Part shown: positions 18,812 to 27,117 of the stretch, piece by piece
Position numbering within the stretch: position 1 is the stretch's first letter
How the letters are laid out: every line of letters starts with the position of its first letter
DNA from: Candidatus Roizmanbacteria bacterium RIFOXYC1_FULL_41_16
Lineage (GTDB): Bacteria; Patescibacteriota; Microgenomatia; UBA1406
DNA length: 58,767 nt
NCBI GenBank assembly: GCA_001788295.1
Contig: MGBO01000021.1
Coordinates: 212,865-271,631 of the forward strand
Direction of reading: 5' to 3'
Notes under the pieces: model-generated
Databases searched by the model: none
Told to the model about the DNA's origin: nothing
What the model saw: only the letters and a program-made list of their open reading frames with translations
Translations under genes and position numbers: made by a program

Positions 18812-19912
18812 TTAATCGCAAATATCATAATCAGAGTTTTTTTTCTTTTGTAACTTAGCCCATTTTTCTTTGGTCATCTTACAGGATGGACACTGATTTC
18901 CTACTGGCGACCAGCTAACATAACCACAACTAGGACAAGTAAAAGGTTCGGAGTATAAATAATCGGCATAACCATACATCGAAAACCCAGCTTGAATAAT
19001 CGGGCAAGAACCACCCATATAAATTAGTGGCATGGGCATTGTCTGCGATTGCCTGCCGGCTAAGCCAATTAGTTCTGCTTTAACCTGAGTGATTTGATAA
19101 AGCTGAGAAAGAATTTCTAAGATACGTGTTTGGCTGAAGTTATCAGAACTAAGCAACTGTTGATATCTGGCTAGCCAGAAAACAAACGCTTTGTCTTTTA
19201 ACAAAGCCTGTTCTAGTAAGGCTCCACGATTATCGACAGAAAATCCTAGCTGTTTGAGTAAATCCTCGGTCGTGTGGCTGTCAAGTTGAAAGTCTTGCGG
19301 CCCGGCGATCAGTGAATTAGCGACTCCGCCAGAAGAATGATAATTAATCTTTAATTGGTTTGCCAATAACTGACTTTGATCAAGAGTCTGGCGATGTTCG
19401 TCGTAGCGCAAAATATGATTAATTACCTGCTTATCTTTGCGCTCAAACCAGAATAAAAAACCATAGTCACCATGATGCAAATTATCCGGGTCCGGAGGCG
19501 ACAGTTGTAACACCTGATCTGCCTGATTTTTGGCAAAAAGATCTTGCATTCTTTGCCAACCCAATAACTCAGAGAGCTCTCGACTACCAGCCAAATTAGA
19601 TTGTGCTGATTGAGACAACATGTCTTCCATCACTAACCCAATCTCCGGATAAACAACTTTGTCTTGATTATTCAACTCATAAACAATTTGAGTTTTTTTA
19701 ACTCCGGCAGCAAACTCCAGTAAAAACTTTAACACTTGTTCTCGGCTGTAAAAAGCAATTTGGGCAAACTCAACGCCTTTCTGCTTTAAATTCTCTAGAA
19801 ATCGCCGCTCTGCCGAAATGTCAAAAAAATTGGCAATCTGTTGTTCTAAACGAAAGTCTTTGGGAAAAAAGCCCAACTCTTTAGGATTAATATAAGTTTC
19901 TAATCTATTCAT
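18812..19912 (-). CDS. Hypothetical protein with C-terminal double CxxC zinc ribbon
   Basis: 366-aa ORF; GGSCP, CPSCG...CPSC. Confidence 0.8.
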   Translation of the reverse strand: MNRLETYINPKELGFFPKDFRLEQQIANFFDISAERRFLENLKQKGVEFAQIAFYSREQVLKFLLEFAAGVKKTQIVYELNNQDKVVYPEIGLVMEDMLSQSAQSNLAGSRELSELLGWQRMQDLFAKNQADQVLQLSPPDPDNLHHGDYGFLFWFERKDKQVINHILRYDEHRQTLDQSQLLANQLKINYHSSGGVANSLIAGPQDFQLDSHTTEDLLKQLGFSVDNRGALLEQALLKDKAFVFWLARYQQLLSSDNFSQTRILEILSQLYQITQVKAELIGLAGRQSQTMPMPLIYMGGSCPIIQAGFSMYGYADYLYSEPFTCPSCGYVSWSPVGNQCPSCKMTKEKWAKLQKKKNSDYDICD

Positions 19913-20004
19913 TTTTCTTGCTCGAGATCTAATAGATAAGAATTGTTTTCGGGCTTTAACCGTTGCGGCACAGCTCCCGAATAGCTTGTTTTGTCAAGCT
20001 TCAC
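19909..20004 (-). CDS. Possible 31-aa leader ORF
   Basis: GTG...TGA, MKLDKTSYSGAVPQRLKPENNSYLLDLEQEK; its stop overlaps the next start (ATGA); begins 8 nt after a TATAAT. Confidence 0.35.
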   Translation of the reverse strand: MKLDKTSYSGAVPQRLKPENNSYLLDLEQEK

Positions 20005-20014
20005 GGGATTCCAT

Positions 20015-20033
20015 TATACCCTAAGGGGGTATA
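20015..20033. promoter_or_regulatory. Palindromic operator, CsoR/RcnR-box-like, overlapping a minus-strand TATAAT
   Basis: TATACCC-TAAGG-GGGTATA between divergent genes. Confidence 0.55.
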
Positions 20034-20110
20034 CTTTACCTCTTATCTTCAACTAGCTTGGCTATTGTAACTAAGTTGCAAATAATATGCAAGTTTGGCA
20101 AAATGAGAGA

Positions 20111-20821
20111 ATGGAATGCCCAAATTGCCAAGCTGAACTCAAACCGGAGAAAATCGGCAGCACTGTTTATTGGCGCTGTGCGAGCTGTGGAGCGCTCTGG
20201 TTTGACAACAAAGAAAGCGATTTTCTGAGCGAAGAAGAAGCGGCCAAACTTAATAAAATCAAAAAACAACCTTCGTTTAGCCGGCTAAATTATACTTGTC
20301 CTAGAGACAAAACCAAACTCAAATATGATGGCTATTATTACCGTTGTTATTCTTGTGGCGGTCTAATGGCTAGCTCGGCCTCAATTTTGGAGGAAAAAAT
20401 GGCCAAGCGCCAACGACTAGCTTCTACTTTGAAAAAACCGATCAGCTTTAGTCAGATGAAAACCGTGGTTATTTTTGCCTTGGCCGTTTTGTTTGTGGGA
20501 GTAAATGTCAGCTTGGTTAACGGCCTCAGACACCGCTTGACTCTGGAAACCCAGGCACAGCAGGTAAAAAGCACTCTGCAAATCCATGCGGTCAATCAGG
20601 ATAAGCTGGCGCTATATTTCAATACCGAAGAGCCCTACCGCACCACTGCTCTTTTTAAGAGCGCGGACAGACAATGGGAACAGGTAATTAACCCTAATTA
20701 CAGTCTTAACCATTTTTTAATCGTCAGCAGGCCAAGTAAGGCCACCAAAGTCCAGGTCCGGCTGCAGTCTGTTAAGAACGAGGAGTATTTGACCGAAGAA
20801 GTGGCACTAGAACCACGCTAA
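20111..20821 (+). CDS. Membrane protein with N-terminal TFIIB-type zinc ribbons
   Basis: MECPNC...C..CGALWFD and CPRD...C.SCGG, then a TM helix and a small extracellular beta domain. Confidence 0.8.
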   Translation: MECPNCQAELKPEKIGSTVYWRCASCGALWFDNKESDFLSEEEAAKLNKIKKQPSFSRLNYTCPRDKTKLKYDGYYYRCYSCGGLMASSASILEEKMAKRQRLASTLKKPISFSQMKTVVIFALAVLFVGVNVSLVNGLRHRLTLETQAQQVKSTLQIHAVNQDKLALYFNTEEPYRTTALFKSADRQWEQVINPNYSLNHFLIVSRPSKATKVQVRLQSVKNEEYLTEEVALEPR

Positions 20822-21470
20822 CTAACAGCATAGTGACAACAATTACCACCAAACTATAGAAAAGGCCGTTTCGTAAGTAAAACAGGTTGTGGCTGACAAA
20901 ACTAACTAATTGATTCTTGGCGTTTATTAAGGGAACAAAAGTCACGATTTCCCCGATATATTTAACCAATAAAAACACCAGGCTGGCCAAAAACAATCCC
21001 ACCACACTGCCCTCAAGATCTTTGGCTGAAGAAAACATTGTTAATCCAACTTGCAATAGTAGATAAATGTAGAGCGCCACAAAGACCCATTCCATTCCCG
21101 ATTTGGAATAGGCGGTGGCGACCCAAATAAGAATTAAACCAAAAAAGACCGGCGCCAAGCCAATCAGAGTGCGCCGCAACGGATCGGTTTGCTCGATTTT
21201 CACCCCACCTAACTTGATAGAACGATCTGCTTTTATCTCCGGCATAACCGATATTCCATCGGTTCTCACTTGCATAAACTCGGCCAAGATCAAATGTGCC
21301 GCTTCGTGAATAAAGGTTCCGGGCAATAGAATAAAGGCCAAACCCTTAACTACAGCCGCCTCGTTTTTGAAAATCCGGAATAAATATTGACCCAGAATTT
21401 TAATAAAGGTACGGCTGGCCCAAAAAATCAAGAACAGCAAGCCTAAAATCTGCAGCAAAAGAATGGTCAT
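20772..21470 (-). CDS. Membrane protein with HExxH motif (M50-like metalloprotease)
   Basis: LPGTFIHEAAH, LGGV, IGLAP, S.KD; several TM helices. Confidence 0.8.
   Translation of the reverse strand: MTILLLQILGLLFLIFWASRTFIKILGQYLFRIFKNEAAVVKGLAFILLPGTFIHEAAHLILAEFMQVRTDGISVMPEIKADRSIKLGGVKIEQTDPLRRTLIGLAPVFFGLILIWVATAYSKSGMEWVFVALYIYLLLQVGLTMFSSAKDLEGSVVGLFLASLVFLLVKYIGEIVTFVPLINAKNQLVSFVSHNLFYLRNGLFYSLVVIVVTMLLVSVVLVPLLRSNTPRS
21089..21116. repeat. Palindromic repeat family 2, copy inside the HExxH membrane protein gene
   Basis: ATTCCA-TTCCCGATT-TGGAAT followed by AGGCGG; read as AYSKSGMEW in an inter-helix loop. Confidence 0.8.
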
Positions 21471-22213
21471 GACCGTTTAAACTTGGCTTTGATCACCAAG
21501 ATTAGAAAACTAATAAGCTTGAGTTGCCGCCCCAAACGCCAAGGTTGCCGAATCAGCCGGTAAAGCCATTCAAGTCCCAAGCGCTGCATTACTTTGGGTG
21601 CCCGAGGCAAAAGACCACTATTCATGGCAAAACCACCGCCCACTCCCACTACCAAACAGCCCTTAAAGAGCTCCTGATTCGCCTGAATCCATAGCTCTTG
21701 AGCCGGACTGCCAAAAGCCACGAAAACCAGACAGGGCTTGCTAGTGCGCACTATCTGTTTTAACCTCAGAATTTCATGGTCTTTTGGCTGTTTTATGTCG
21801 TCAATTGCCTGCAAACCCTGTATTTTAAGCTCAGGGTATCGGCGGCTGTAGCACTTGGCGGTTAGCTCTGCCAAATTGGCGTCTCCTCCGATAAGCAGGC
21901 ATCTCAAGCTATGTTGGGCAGCATAGGCAATCAACCTATCCATCAACTCTACCCCTGGCAACCGCCTTAGGCTTGTCCCAGTAAGCAATCTCGCTGCCAG
22001 AACAATCCCCACGCCGTCCACAATGAGGGTTTGGCTTGATAGAACAAGCTTTTCAAACTCCTTCTGCCTGGTCATGATCATTAGGTTTTCCGGATTAAGG
22101 GAGATAATTTGGCAAAATTCACCCTTAGACAAGACGCCTTTTTTAATTCGCTCTAGGATATCCTCAAAATCAACGAAATTTAAGCTGTAATTAAGTAACT
22201 TAATTGGCTGCAT
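21467..22213 (-). CDS. WecB/TagA/CpsF family glycosyltransferase
   Basis: LNPE, DGVG, G.ELM, VAFGSPAQELWI, GVGG.F, RAP..MQ.LGLEWLYRL. Confidence 0.93.
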   Translation of the reverse strand: MQPIKLLNYSLNFVDFEDILERIKKGVLSKGEFCQIISLNPENLMIMTRQKEFEKLVLSSQTLIVDGVGIVLAARLLTGTSLRRLPGVELMDRLIAYAAQHSLRCLLIGGDANLAELTAKCYSRRYPELKIQGLQAIDDIKQPKDHEILRLKQIVRTSKPCLVFVAFGSPAQELWIQANQELFKGCLVVGVGGGFAMNSGLLPRAPKVMQRLGLEWLYRLIRQPWRLGRQLKLISFLILVIKAKFKRS

Positions 22214-22469
22214 AATCTTCAGATTGATTATAAGATAAAAGTACAAACAAAGAAATAGACTTTGGTTGCCATTCTTGTACAGCTTTGTTGAACTCTAATT
22301 GTTTATTAATTTGGTTGTTATATAAGTACATGTTTTAAAGACTTATTAAAATAGCTGCATAAAAGACATATTAACTATAGTCTTTACTACAAGATGTGAT
22401 GCTTTGCTACTTTTTTTTCTGTTAGTGAAATTAAACATCATATTTTTTTATTAAGCTTTTTATTATAAG

Positions 22470-23477
22470 CTATATCTTCCCGGCGGCTTGTCGGTAAAGC
22501 TCAAAATTCTCGGCAATCAAACCCAAACCCCTAATCACACAAAGGAGCGGATCTTCAGCTACGAAAACCGGAAAGTTGAGCTCGTCGCTCAAATATTTGT
22601 CTAAATTGTGCAGCATGGCGCTACCGCCGGAAATAATCGCCCCTTTTTCGGCAATGTCAGCGGAAATCTCAGGCGGGATATGTTCTAAAACGTGCTTGGC
22701 AGTATAGCTAATGCCTTTCAGCGGTTTTTGAATGCTCTCGGATAACTCGCGCTCACTGATTTCGATGTGTTTGGGTAAACCGTAACGCAAATCCCGGCCC
22801 TTGACCAAAATCATTTTGTCTGCCTTGGCTTCCTTAAGATAAGCGGTTGCATGTTTAATTTTGAGCTCTTCCACCGAACGTTCGCCAATGATCAGATTGT
22901 GTTTTTTACGCAAGTGCCCCACAATCGCCTGCTCAATCTTGCTCCCGGCCACCCGCTCGCTCTGATAAGCTACCAGCTCGCCTAAGGAAATGACTGCCAC
23001 CTCAGTCGTGCCGCCGCCGATATTGATAATCAAGTTACCGGAGGCCTCTGCAATTGAAATTTTGGCGCCGATAGCCGCGGCAATCGGTTCATCAATTAAG
23101 TAAACGTGCCGCGCGCCGGCAGAATAACAGGCGTTGGCAATCGCTCGTCGCTCCACTTGAGTGGCGCCGCCGGGAATCGAAATAATGATGTCTGGCTTAA
23201 AAAAAAAGTTGCCCAAGGCCTTATTCAAAAAATAGCGGATCATGGCCCGGGTAACCGTGTATTCGGCAATGACTCCATCTTTCATTGGATGCGTAGCAAT
23301 AATGGTTCCCGGAGTTCGGCCCAACATTTCTTTTGCTTGACTACCCACGGCGACAATTTTTTTTTCATACACAGAATAAGCAACCACCGTGGCCTCATTC
23401 AGAATAATTCCTTTGCCCTCTAAATAAACCAGAGTGTTAGCTGTTCCCAAATCAATACCCACCCGCTTACTAAACAT
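22470..23477 (-). CDS. mreB: Rod shape-determining protein MreB/Mbl
   Basis: GIDLGTANT, PMKDGVIA, EPIAAAIGA, IGGGTTEVA; ATG 23477 lies 6 nt after TATAAT. Confidence 0.95.
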   Translation of the reverse strand: MFSKRVGIDLGTANTLVYLEGKGIILNEATVVAYSVYEKKIVAVGSQAKEMLGRTPGTIIATHPMKDGVIAEYTVTRAMIRYFLNKALGNFFFKPDIIISIPGGATQVERRAIANACYSAGARHVYLIDEPIAAAIGAKISIAEASGNLIINIGGGTTEVAVISLGELVAYQSERVAGSKIEQAIVGHLRKKHNLIIGERSVEELKIKHATAYLKEAKADKMILVKGRDLRYGLPKHIEISERELSESIQKPLKGISYTAKHVLEHIPPEISADIAEKGAIISGGSAMLHNLDKYLSDELNFPVFVAEDPLLCVIRGLGLIAENFELYRQAAGKI

Positions 23478-23597
23478 AAAAGCATTATATAGGATTTTGC
23501 CAGAGAGTAAATAATCATTCAAATAATACTACTCAATACTCATTAAGTATATCAAAGTAGATTATATATTCTAATCTAGATATGCTATAATTAACCA

Positions 23598-24905
23598 ATG
23601 GTTTATTTGAAACGCTCGGCAATTGCCCTCCTGATCATTATTGCCATTCTGGCTGTTGCCGTCACCATCATTTTATTTGCCCGAGGCTATCGCTTTAATC
23701 TTAATAACGGTGAATTGGGCAGCAAAGGCATTCTCGTGGCTAATTCTGCTCCTAATAACGCTCAAATTTATGTTGACAGCAAATTTGTCAGCCTGACTTC
23801 GGATAACGTTTATCTGTCTCCGGGAAAATATCAAATCAGTATTCGTAAAGAAGGCTACAGCAACTGGAACAAAGAATTCACTATCAAAGGCGAAGTTGTT
23901 TCCAGAGTCGATGCCCAGCTTTTTTCGAGCAATCCTTCTCTCAGCCCACTGACCAACAGCGGCGTGGTAGGCCCTTATTTGTCACCATTAAAAGACAAGG
24001 TCAGCTATATTATTATGCCAAATGAAACTCAACTGACACTGGAGGAAAACGGCGGTTTGATGATTGGTAATCTCAAAACCGGTACCCTAAACTTTTTTAA
24101 ACAACACAATTTATTGTTGCCTTATAGCAGCCTGCCCCTGACAATGGTTCCGGACAAAACCCAAGTGATTTTTAGCAACAATGAAAAAAATCTCTTGGCT
24201 TTTTTTTACGATGAATACGATAATCTTTTGGCTGTTTATCTGATGTCCATTAACGGCAGCCAAGGAGATTATCTTGATGTAACGCTATCGTATCAACAAC
24301 TTCTTGACCAATGGTGGCAGGAAAAAACCAGTCTTCAACAAAAGATTTATGACACGGCTAAACCGAAATTGCGTAAAGTCCTAAACAATAATACTTATCT
24401 GGTTGAGGTCTCGCCGGACAAAAGCAAGTTTTTGTATCTGGCCCTTAATGACGCTCTTTTGCCTCGAATTATTGTGCCGGCACTGATCGGATCGGTTCCT
24501 ACCAAAGAGATTCGTGAAATTAAGGCCGCCAACTTTTATGTTTATGACAAAAAAGAAGACAAGAACTTCCTGATTAAAAATTACTCTGACGAGGCCAGGC
24601 AGGAAATGGCTCAATTTTTAAATGAAGTTAGGCTCAGCGAGAGTCTGGCGCTTTTAGATTGGTTGAAATTAAATCAGCTTTTTAATCAACTCACCTGGTA
24701 TTCGGATTCCCGACATCTAATTGCCAGCCACAACGGTACCATTTCGGTAATGGAATACGACGGCGCCAATAAGATTCTGGTGTATTCCGGGCCTTTTGAA
24801 GAAAACTTTTTGGCTGCAAGCTCGGATGGTCGGCTGGTTGTCTTAACCAATATCAATCCCAAAAAGAACGTTTTGGCTGATCTCTACTCGGTTTCGATTA
24901 AATAA
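23598..24905 (+). CDS. PEGA domain membrane-anchored protein with propeller-like C-terminal region
   Basis: N-terminal TM, ARGYR, S.P..AQIYVD, LSPGKY.I.I.KEGY..W.K. Confidence 0.85.
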   Translation: MVYLKRSAIALLIIIAILAVAVTIILFARGYRFNLNNGELGSKGILVANSAPNNAQIYVDSKFVSLTSDNVYLSPGKYQISIRKEGYSNWNKEFTIKGEVVSRVDAQLFSSNPSLSPLTNSGVVGPYLSPLKDKVSYIIMPNETQLTLEENGGLMIGNLKTGTLNFFKQHNLLLPYSSLPLTMVPDKTQVIFSNNEKNLLAFFYDEYDNLLAVYLMSINGSQGDYLDVTLSYQQLLDQWWQEKTSLQQKIYDTAKPKLRKVLNNNTYLVEVSPDKSKFLYLALNDALLPRIIVPALIGSVPTKEIREIKAANFYVYDKKEDKNFLIKNYSDEARQEMAQFLNEVRLSESLALLDWLKLNQLFNQLTWYSDSRHLIASHNGTISVMEYDGANKILVYSGPFEENFLAASSDGRLVVLTNINPKKNVLADLYSVSIK

Positions 24906-24933
24906 AACCCCAAACTTTGCTACTCTATATATT

Positions 24934-25638
24934 ATGAAGCTTAATAGCCAGGTACTGCGAATTTTGTTCTTCCGGACCTTGGGTAATTTTATGATTTTGA
25001 TGAGTTTGGTGATCATTGGAAAGACGTTTGTGCCGGCGCTCTATCAGGAGCTGGAATATGGTCTAAAACAAATTCGAAAAGTGACAGTTAAAGTGGTGGC
25101 CACTAAGCCTGCAGATAAGCCAGTTCCCTCACCTACTCCAAGCAATCCATTTAGCCGGCTACTAGGCCAATTTACTCAAACTACCGAAACAATTGTGCCT
25201 GTGGATACCCAGTTTGGAATTGTCATTCCCAAAATCAGCGCCAACAGCCGGATAATTGGCAATGTTGACACCAGCTCTTACGACGATTATATCCGGGCTT
25301 TGCAAATTGGAGTGGCGCATGCCCAAGGCACGGCTTTTCCCGGCGACAACGGCCATATTTATCTTTTTGCCCATTCTACGGATAATATTTTGAGCGTTGG
25401 CACTTATAACGCTGTGTTTTATCTGCTTTATAAACTTGAGCCAACCGACAAGATCCTGCTCTTTTATCGCGGCCAAAAACACGTCTATAAGGTCACCAGC
25501 AAGCGTGTCGTTAACCCATCAGAGGTTCATTACCTCACCCGGGCTTCGGCTGAGGAATTTCTCACGCTCCAAACCTGTTGGCCGCCAGGCACTACTCTGC
25601 AGCGATTACTGGTTTTCGCGTCCCCGGTGGTAAAATAG
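24934..25638 (+). CDS. Sortase
   Basis: IPKI, LFAHS (catalytic His), LTLQTCWPPG (catalytic Cys), RLLV. Confidence 0.92.
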   Translation: MKLNSQVLRILFFRTLGNFMILMSLVIIGKTFVPALYQELEYGLKQIRKVTVKVVATKPADKPVPSPTPSNPFSRLLGQFTQTTETIVPVDTQFGIVIPKISANSRIIGNVDTSSYDDYIRALQIGVAHAQGTAFPGDNGHIYLFAHSTDNILSVGTYNAVFYLLYKLEPTDKILLFYRGQKHVYKVTSKRVVNPSEVHYLTRASAEEFLTLQTCWPPGTTLQRLLVFASPVVK

Positions 25639-25644
25639 GATTAC

Positions 25645-25719
25645 GTCCTCATAGCTCAACGGATAGAGCACAGGTTTCCTAAACCTGGGATGAAGGTTCA
25701 ATTCCTTCTGAGGACACCA
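25645..25719 (+). tRNA. tRNA-Arg (CCT)
   Basis: GTCCTCA/TGAGGAC acceptor stem, CAGGT-TTCCTAA-ACCTG anticodon arm, GAAGG-TTCAATT-CCTTC T arm, encoded CCA. Confidence 0.97.
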
Positions 25720-25722
25720 ACC

Positions 25723-25746
25723 AACACCCCGGGGGTGTTACGGGCT
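25723..25746. repeat. REP-like palindrome family 1, left flank of RAYT
   Basis: AACACCCCGGGGGTGTTACGGGCT, exact reverse complement of 26502-26525. Confidence 0.95.
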
Positions 25747-25828
25747 GACAGAACAATCGAAAACCCCAAATTTTTTTTGAGGCATAGAAACTCTTGTCTT
25801 TTTGTAGTTTACGCGGCAAATTATTGAT

Positions 25829-26497
25829 ATGCCTTGCCGAAAAATTACTTTTAGCAATCAGGAAGTTTACCATCTTTATAATAAAACCATTGATCATCGC
25901 ACAATTTTTGTTGAGCAGCCTTTAGTTCATTTATTCGTCGATTTAATTAGATATTATCAACCAAAAAAACACTTACTACGTTATTCTCATTACCAAAAGC
26001 TCGAGCCAACAACCCAAGATGAGTATTGGCAGAATCGGCAAGCAATAAATAATCAGCAGATAGAACTCCTGGCGTATGTTTTAATGCCTAACCATTTTCA
26101 TTTATTGGTAAAGCAAAAACTTAAAAATGGAGTGGTTCAATTTATTTCACAAGTTACCAATGCTTTTACCAGAGCCTACAATTGCTATCATCAACGGCTT
26201 GGCCCAATTTTTTTGCCCCGCTTTAAGGCTAAAATCATTTTATCAAGAGAACAACTTATACATACCAGCCGCTATATTCATCTTAATCCGTATTCAAGTG
26301 GAATTGTCAAAAATATAAACATCTTAAAAAATTACCAGAGTAGTTCCCTACCAGAATATTTAATAAAACCTAAAATATGCCAAACGGATTTGATTTTGTC
26401 ACTCTTTAATCTAGATGCCAGTAAATATTGGGAATTCTTATGTAACAATGCGGAGCGTCAAAAAAGTCTGGAAAAAATTAAGCACTTTGGAGCATAA
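25829..26497 (+). CDS. REP-associated tyrosine transposase (RAYT; IS200/IS605 TnpA-like Y1 HUH endonuclease)
   Basis: YHLYNK, LLAYVLMPNHFHLL (HUH), RFK, YIHLNP (catalytic Tyr region); flanked by inverted palindromic repeats. Confidence 0.92.
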   Translation: MPCRKITFSNQEVYHLYNKTIDHRTIFVEQPLVHLFVDLIRYYQPKKHLLRYSHYQKLEPTTQDEYWQNRQAINNQQIELLAYVLMPNHFHLLVKQKLKNGVVQFISQVTNAFTRAYNCYHQRLGPIFLPRFKAKIILSREQLIHTSRYIHLNPYSSGIVKNINILKNYQSSSLPEYLIKPKICQTDLILSLFNLDASKYWEFLCNNAERQKSLEKIKHFGA

Positions 26498-26501
26498 CAT
26501 A

Positions 26502-26525
26502 AGCCCGTAACACCCCCGGGGTGTT
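26502..26525. repeat. REP-like palindrome family 1, right flank of RAYT; overlaps the stop codon of the convergent gene
   Basis: AGCCCGTAACACCCCCGGGGTGTT. Confidence 0.95.
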
Positions 26526-27087
26526 ATTTTTCAGGCAGGGTGACAAAGCGCTCCAGTTCCCACTTCTCCCAATCCTTTTCCGGCAACCAGAAATTGGGAA
26601 AATGGCGCCATTCGTTGTAGCCAATCGCGAGGTAATAAGCTTCCCAACCGACTTTTTTCAGATAAAGAGCGGCTTTTTGCGGTGCCACCGAAGCGCTGGA
26701 ATACTGATAAAAAATCAGTTTTTGGCCCTTTAATTTTAAGGCCTTAAAGTTTTTTAACCAGAGATTAAGATCTGTTTGCCAAGGCAGATTATAACTGCTT
26801 CGGATATGCCCTTGTGCAAATTCCTTTTTCAACCTTAAATCAATGATTGCAATTTGACTGGACCGGGTTTGAATTTCGTGCTTTAGATCAAGCGGATCAT
26901 AAACGGCCAGAAGAGGAGCCTGCGTTTGTAAGCGCCAGCGAAGCTGCCAAAGCGACAATTGGCGAAAAACAAAAAAAGTTAAAACAGCTGAGAATAAAAC
27001 CAAAAAAATCGTCTTTAAATATCTGGCTTTATTATTTGACTTTTTTTTAAACCGGTTGAAAATCAAATTCCTAATTTTTTTGATCAT
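26524..27087 (-). CDS. Membrane-anchored rhodanese-like domain protein (no active-site Cys)
   Basis: IIDLR...EF..GHI.S.N.P, L.IGYNEW; FYQY where YC is expected; no Cys in the protein. Confidence 0.82.
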   Translation of the reverse strand: MIKKIRNLIFNRFKKKSNNKARYLKTIFLVLFSAVLTFFVFRQLSLWQLRWRLQTQAPLLAVYDPLDLKHEIQTRSSQIAIIDLRLKKEFAQGHIRSSYNLPWQTDLNLWLKNFKALKLKGQKLIFYQYSSASVAPQKAALYLKKVGWEAYYLAIGYNEWRHFPNFWLPEKDWEKWELERFVTLPEK

Positions 27088-27117
27088 TAATCTCAATAAT
27101 ACCAAAAAGACTAATTT

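Larger units (their letters stand above)
25723..26525 (+). mobile_element. REP-RAYT-REP unit directly downstream of tRNA-Arg
   Basis: 803-bp AT-rich segment bounded by perfect 24-bp inverted repeats, starting 3 nt after the tRNA CCA. Confidence 0.8.

Noticed and set aside
22247..22469. AT-rich gap as replication origin or ncRNA
   Set aside because: No DnaA-box cluster or convincing structure seen.
24904..25770. AAAACCCCAAA direct repeat around sortase and tRNA-Arg as a target-site duplication
   Set aside because: Low complexity, and it does not bound the RAYT unit.
25723..26525. Palindromic repeats as a CRISPR array
   Set aside because: Copies are dispersed or inverted, not tandem with regular spacers, and there are no cas genes.
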